64,000 nucleotides of DNA. Source: Octopus vulgaris. Taxonomy: Eukaryota. The position numbers were made by a program, and so were the translations under genes. The notes under the pieces were generated by a model. It saw only the letters and a list, made by a program, of their open reading frames with translations, did no database searches and had not been told where the DNA came from. The stretch spans positions 49,848,001-49,912,000 of the forward strand of contig OX597818.1 of assembly GCA_951406725.2 (NCBI GenBank), read 5' to 3'. Positions 61,265 to 64,000 of the stretch are shown here, piece after piece; position 1 is the stretch's first letter; each line of letters starts with the position of its first letter.

Positions 61265-63471
61265 TGTGCCAAAATGGAGAGCTGTACTAACATCAGGCCA
61301 AGATAAGCTCGGTAGAGTCAACGTAAGTAGGGGAATATTCCAAGGTGATAAACTCTCACCACTGCTATTCGTGTTTGCCCTTATCCTTCTTACATTGACC
61401 CTGAGCAAGGTTAAATCATGCTACGAATTTAGCAGTGAGGAGAAAATAAACCACCTCTTGTTTATGGACGACCTGAAATTATTTGCCAAAAGTGAGAAAG
61501 CTTTAGATTCACTGCTACAGACTGTTCGAGCTGTGAATGGTGATATTAGTATGGAGTTTGGAACAGATAAAGAGAGGGAAAATATATTCCAAGTCAGAAG
61601 GGATTATAGGGAATGAGGGTGACCGTTACGAGTACTTAGGTGTATTGGAGGCAGATAACACTCTCTGCCAAGAAATGAAAGATGTGGGAACCGAATATCT
61701 CAGGAGAGTGAAAAGAGTACTAAGCTCAAAATTAATTAGAAGGAAAAACATCTCTGCAGTAAACGCATGGGTAGTCTCTCTAATAAGATATTCTGATAAT
61801 TACCTGAACTGGACTAAAGAAGTGTAGTGGATCTTGCAAGCATGAAGTGGATTCGATCCACCATAGCCAAATTTAAATTAACACGGCAACAGAAGTTTTC
61901 CCACGGTGGATCAATGGTTTTTCTGTGACAGCAGTTTTGCATTTTCCAGATGCCTCTAGCTAGGCCGAAATAATGTCTTCACTACTTGACCCTTTCTAAC
62001 CTCTTCAACTTTAACAAAAGCTAGAATAGAGATAACAAGATCACCAACTAAATCTACTGTTCCCAATGATATCATAAAAGCAAGAACACCCCAAGCAAAA
62101 ATCAGTCGGTGACTACTCAACGAGTTCAGCCACATGGTGACGACTCAACCAGTTAATCACTCGGAGACAACGAAGTCTGGCTGACCAGCTAGAACCTTGG
62201 TCAGAAGGAGAAATGAAGTTTACTGTTAGCAACTATGAGACAACGTCTCACACCCTACAACTCTCACTAGCTCTAATTTTGTTCTCTTACAACATTCTAT
62301 CTCTCTCTGTAATTACTACTAAACAATGAAGAGGACCCAAACACAAACTTTACTTCGCATGCTTTTGTATTTATCATAACCTGCCCGTCGAGGCAAGGTA
62401 TTGTAACGTAACGGTAAATAAATATTTCCTTAAAACTTCATGTATTGTCCATCTTCCACATGTTACAACTTGCCGTTATAGCAACAAATTTTTATCGTTA
62501 CAACTGTTGACTCTGACATTTCATAATATTGTTTATAAATCAATTTCTCCCGCAACAGAAGAATTAAGAAACAGATTGTAAAATTAGGAAGACACAGTTC
62601 ATGTACCGGTCGTTATAACTCATAGGCAGGGTCGATAGATTATGCCTATTACAGAAGTAGGTGGGAGAGGTCTGATATCAATAGAAAACTGTGTAGAGAT
62701 GGCAAAACAAACATACAAGAGTATGTACGAAGCAATCAAGAAGGAGCAATTTCAGCTGTGAGAGGAGAGGAGGCAGAAGACGTTGGAGACGGCAACGGAA
62801 TACACGGAAAGAAAGCAGGAGCGAGAAAGAAACATCTGGGGAAAAGAACAACACGACCAGCATGCTAGACAGACACAGGACGTCGCAGCAAAGGAGTCTT
62901 GGTTATGGTTGAAGAAGGGAGACCGTAAGAAGCATACAGATTCATAATGGCCGCTCAAAGCCAGTCGTTGTGGACGAATATCATTATGGCCATAATAGAC
63001 AAATCCGCGGAAAGTGCAAAGTGCAGACTATGTAACGAGAAACAGTAATCTGTAATGCACATAATAAGTTTCTGTAGTCCTTTGTTGGGTATTAATGCAC
63101 AGAATGATCGCGAAATAAATGCCAGAGGACCAGATATTATGGTTCATGGCAAGGGTGAAAAGAATGCACCATCATAAATATGCCTATATCTACAGACATG
63201 AATCTATCATCAAAGAACAAGAAAAAATAGGAAAATACCAGAATTTGGCTTAAGGAAATATGACGACTCTTTTACTTGTTTCAGTCATATTTGACTGCGG
63301 CCATGCTGGAGCACCGCCTTTAGTCGAGCAAATCGACCCCCAGGACTTATTCTTTGTAAGCCTACTACTTATTTTATCGGTCTCTTTTTGCCGAACCGCT
63401 AAGTTACAGGGACGTAAACGCACCAGTATCGGTTGTCAAGCGATGTTGGGGGGACAAACACAGACACACAA

Positions 63472-63562
<91 letters not shown>

Positions 63563-63900
63563 CGACGAGCTTCTTTCAGTTTCTGTCTACCAAATCCACT
63601 CACAAGGCTTTGGTCGGCCCGAGGCTATAGTAGAAGACATTTGCCCAAGGTGCCACGCAGTGGGACTGAACCCGGAACCATGTGGTTGGTAAGCAAGCTA
63701 CTTACCACACAGCCACTCTTGCGACTGTGGAGGGTTTCTACAAAAGTAATCATCAGTTGCTGTAGGTGCCTTTAGGTACCGTCAGCAACAGACTTAACAA
63801 CTGCCTTATTGAGATTGATATAACTACAAGAGTTGCGTTGATTTTGGAAATCTGCTCTATTTGAAATAGCAAGGATTGTAAGAAGGGTTCCCGAAATCTA
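61265..63900 (+). mobile_element. Decayed R4/Dong-like non-LTR retrotransposon (RT, CCHC knuckle, REL endonuclease), interrupted by later insertions
   Basis: RGIFQGDKLSPLLF..INHLLFMDDLKLFAKS at 61330-61495, GGRGLISIE near 62660, WLWLKKGD near 62900, CRLC..H near 63020 and a PD motif near 63130. Insertions at about 61826-62560 and 63266-63723. Confidence 0.8.
63266..63723 (-). mobile_element. SINE family C inserted in the R4/Dong-like element
   Basis: Full reverse-complement family C copy with a (CA)n(TA)n centre. Confidence 0.88.
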
Positions 63901-64000
63901 AGGAAAGTAGTTGTGACCCGGCATCAAGGACATTGATTCCAAATGTATGGCATTCATGCACACCATGAATAATAATTATGATAATAGTTTATATTTTGCT

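Overview
AT-rich, repeat-saturated animal DNA, not prokaryotic. It is most likely an octopus: this is my inference from the SINE and RTE families, the TA/CA/CAT microsatellites and the C2H2 genes. Four protein-coding genes are supported: (1) mitochondrial ribosomal protein bL36m/MRPL36 (+, 13515-14054); (2) an intronless TopoVIB-like meiotic gene, TOP6BL/TOPOVIBL (-, 19314-20687); (3) an 11-finger C2H2 zinc-finger gene with two coding exons (+, 28325-31513); (4) a C2H2 zinc-finger gene (+, 46013-47569) whose low-complexity tail carries eight copies of the HCF-1-binding motif DHTY. The rest is three tRNA-derived SINE families, many 5'-truncated RTE LINE ends, fragments of CR1/L2, R4/Dong, gypsy and mariner, Merlin-like and piggyBac-like MITEs, non-autonomous Helitrons, and Penelope-like LTR remnants containing minimal hammerhead ribozyme folds. 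The most interesting signals are the multivalent HBM zinc-finger protein, the intronless and C-terminally short TOP6BL, three different hammerhead folds, and a shared CAYGA(G)TTNNNTCCCTTG motif in three candidate promoter regions. Most short ORFs in the track are repeat-derived. All homology calls are from memory and motif reading, not from searches, and repeat boundaries are approximate.
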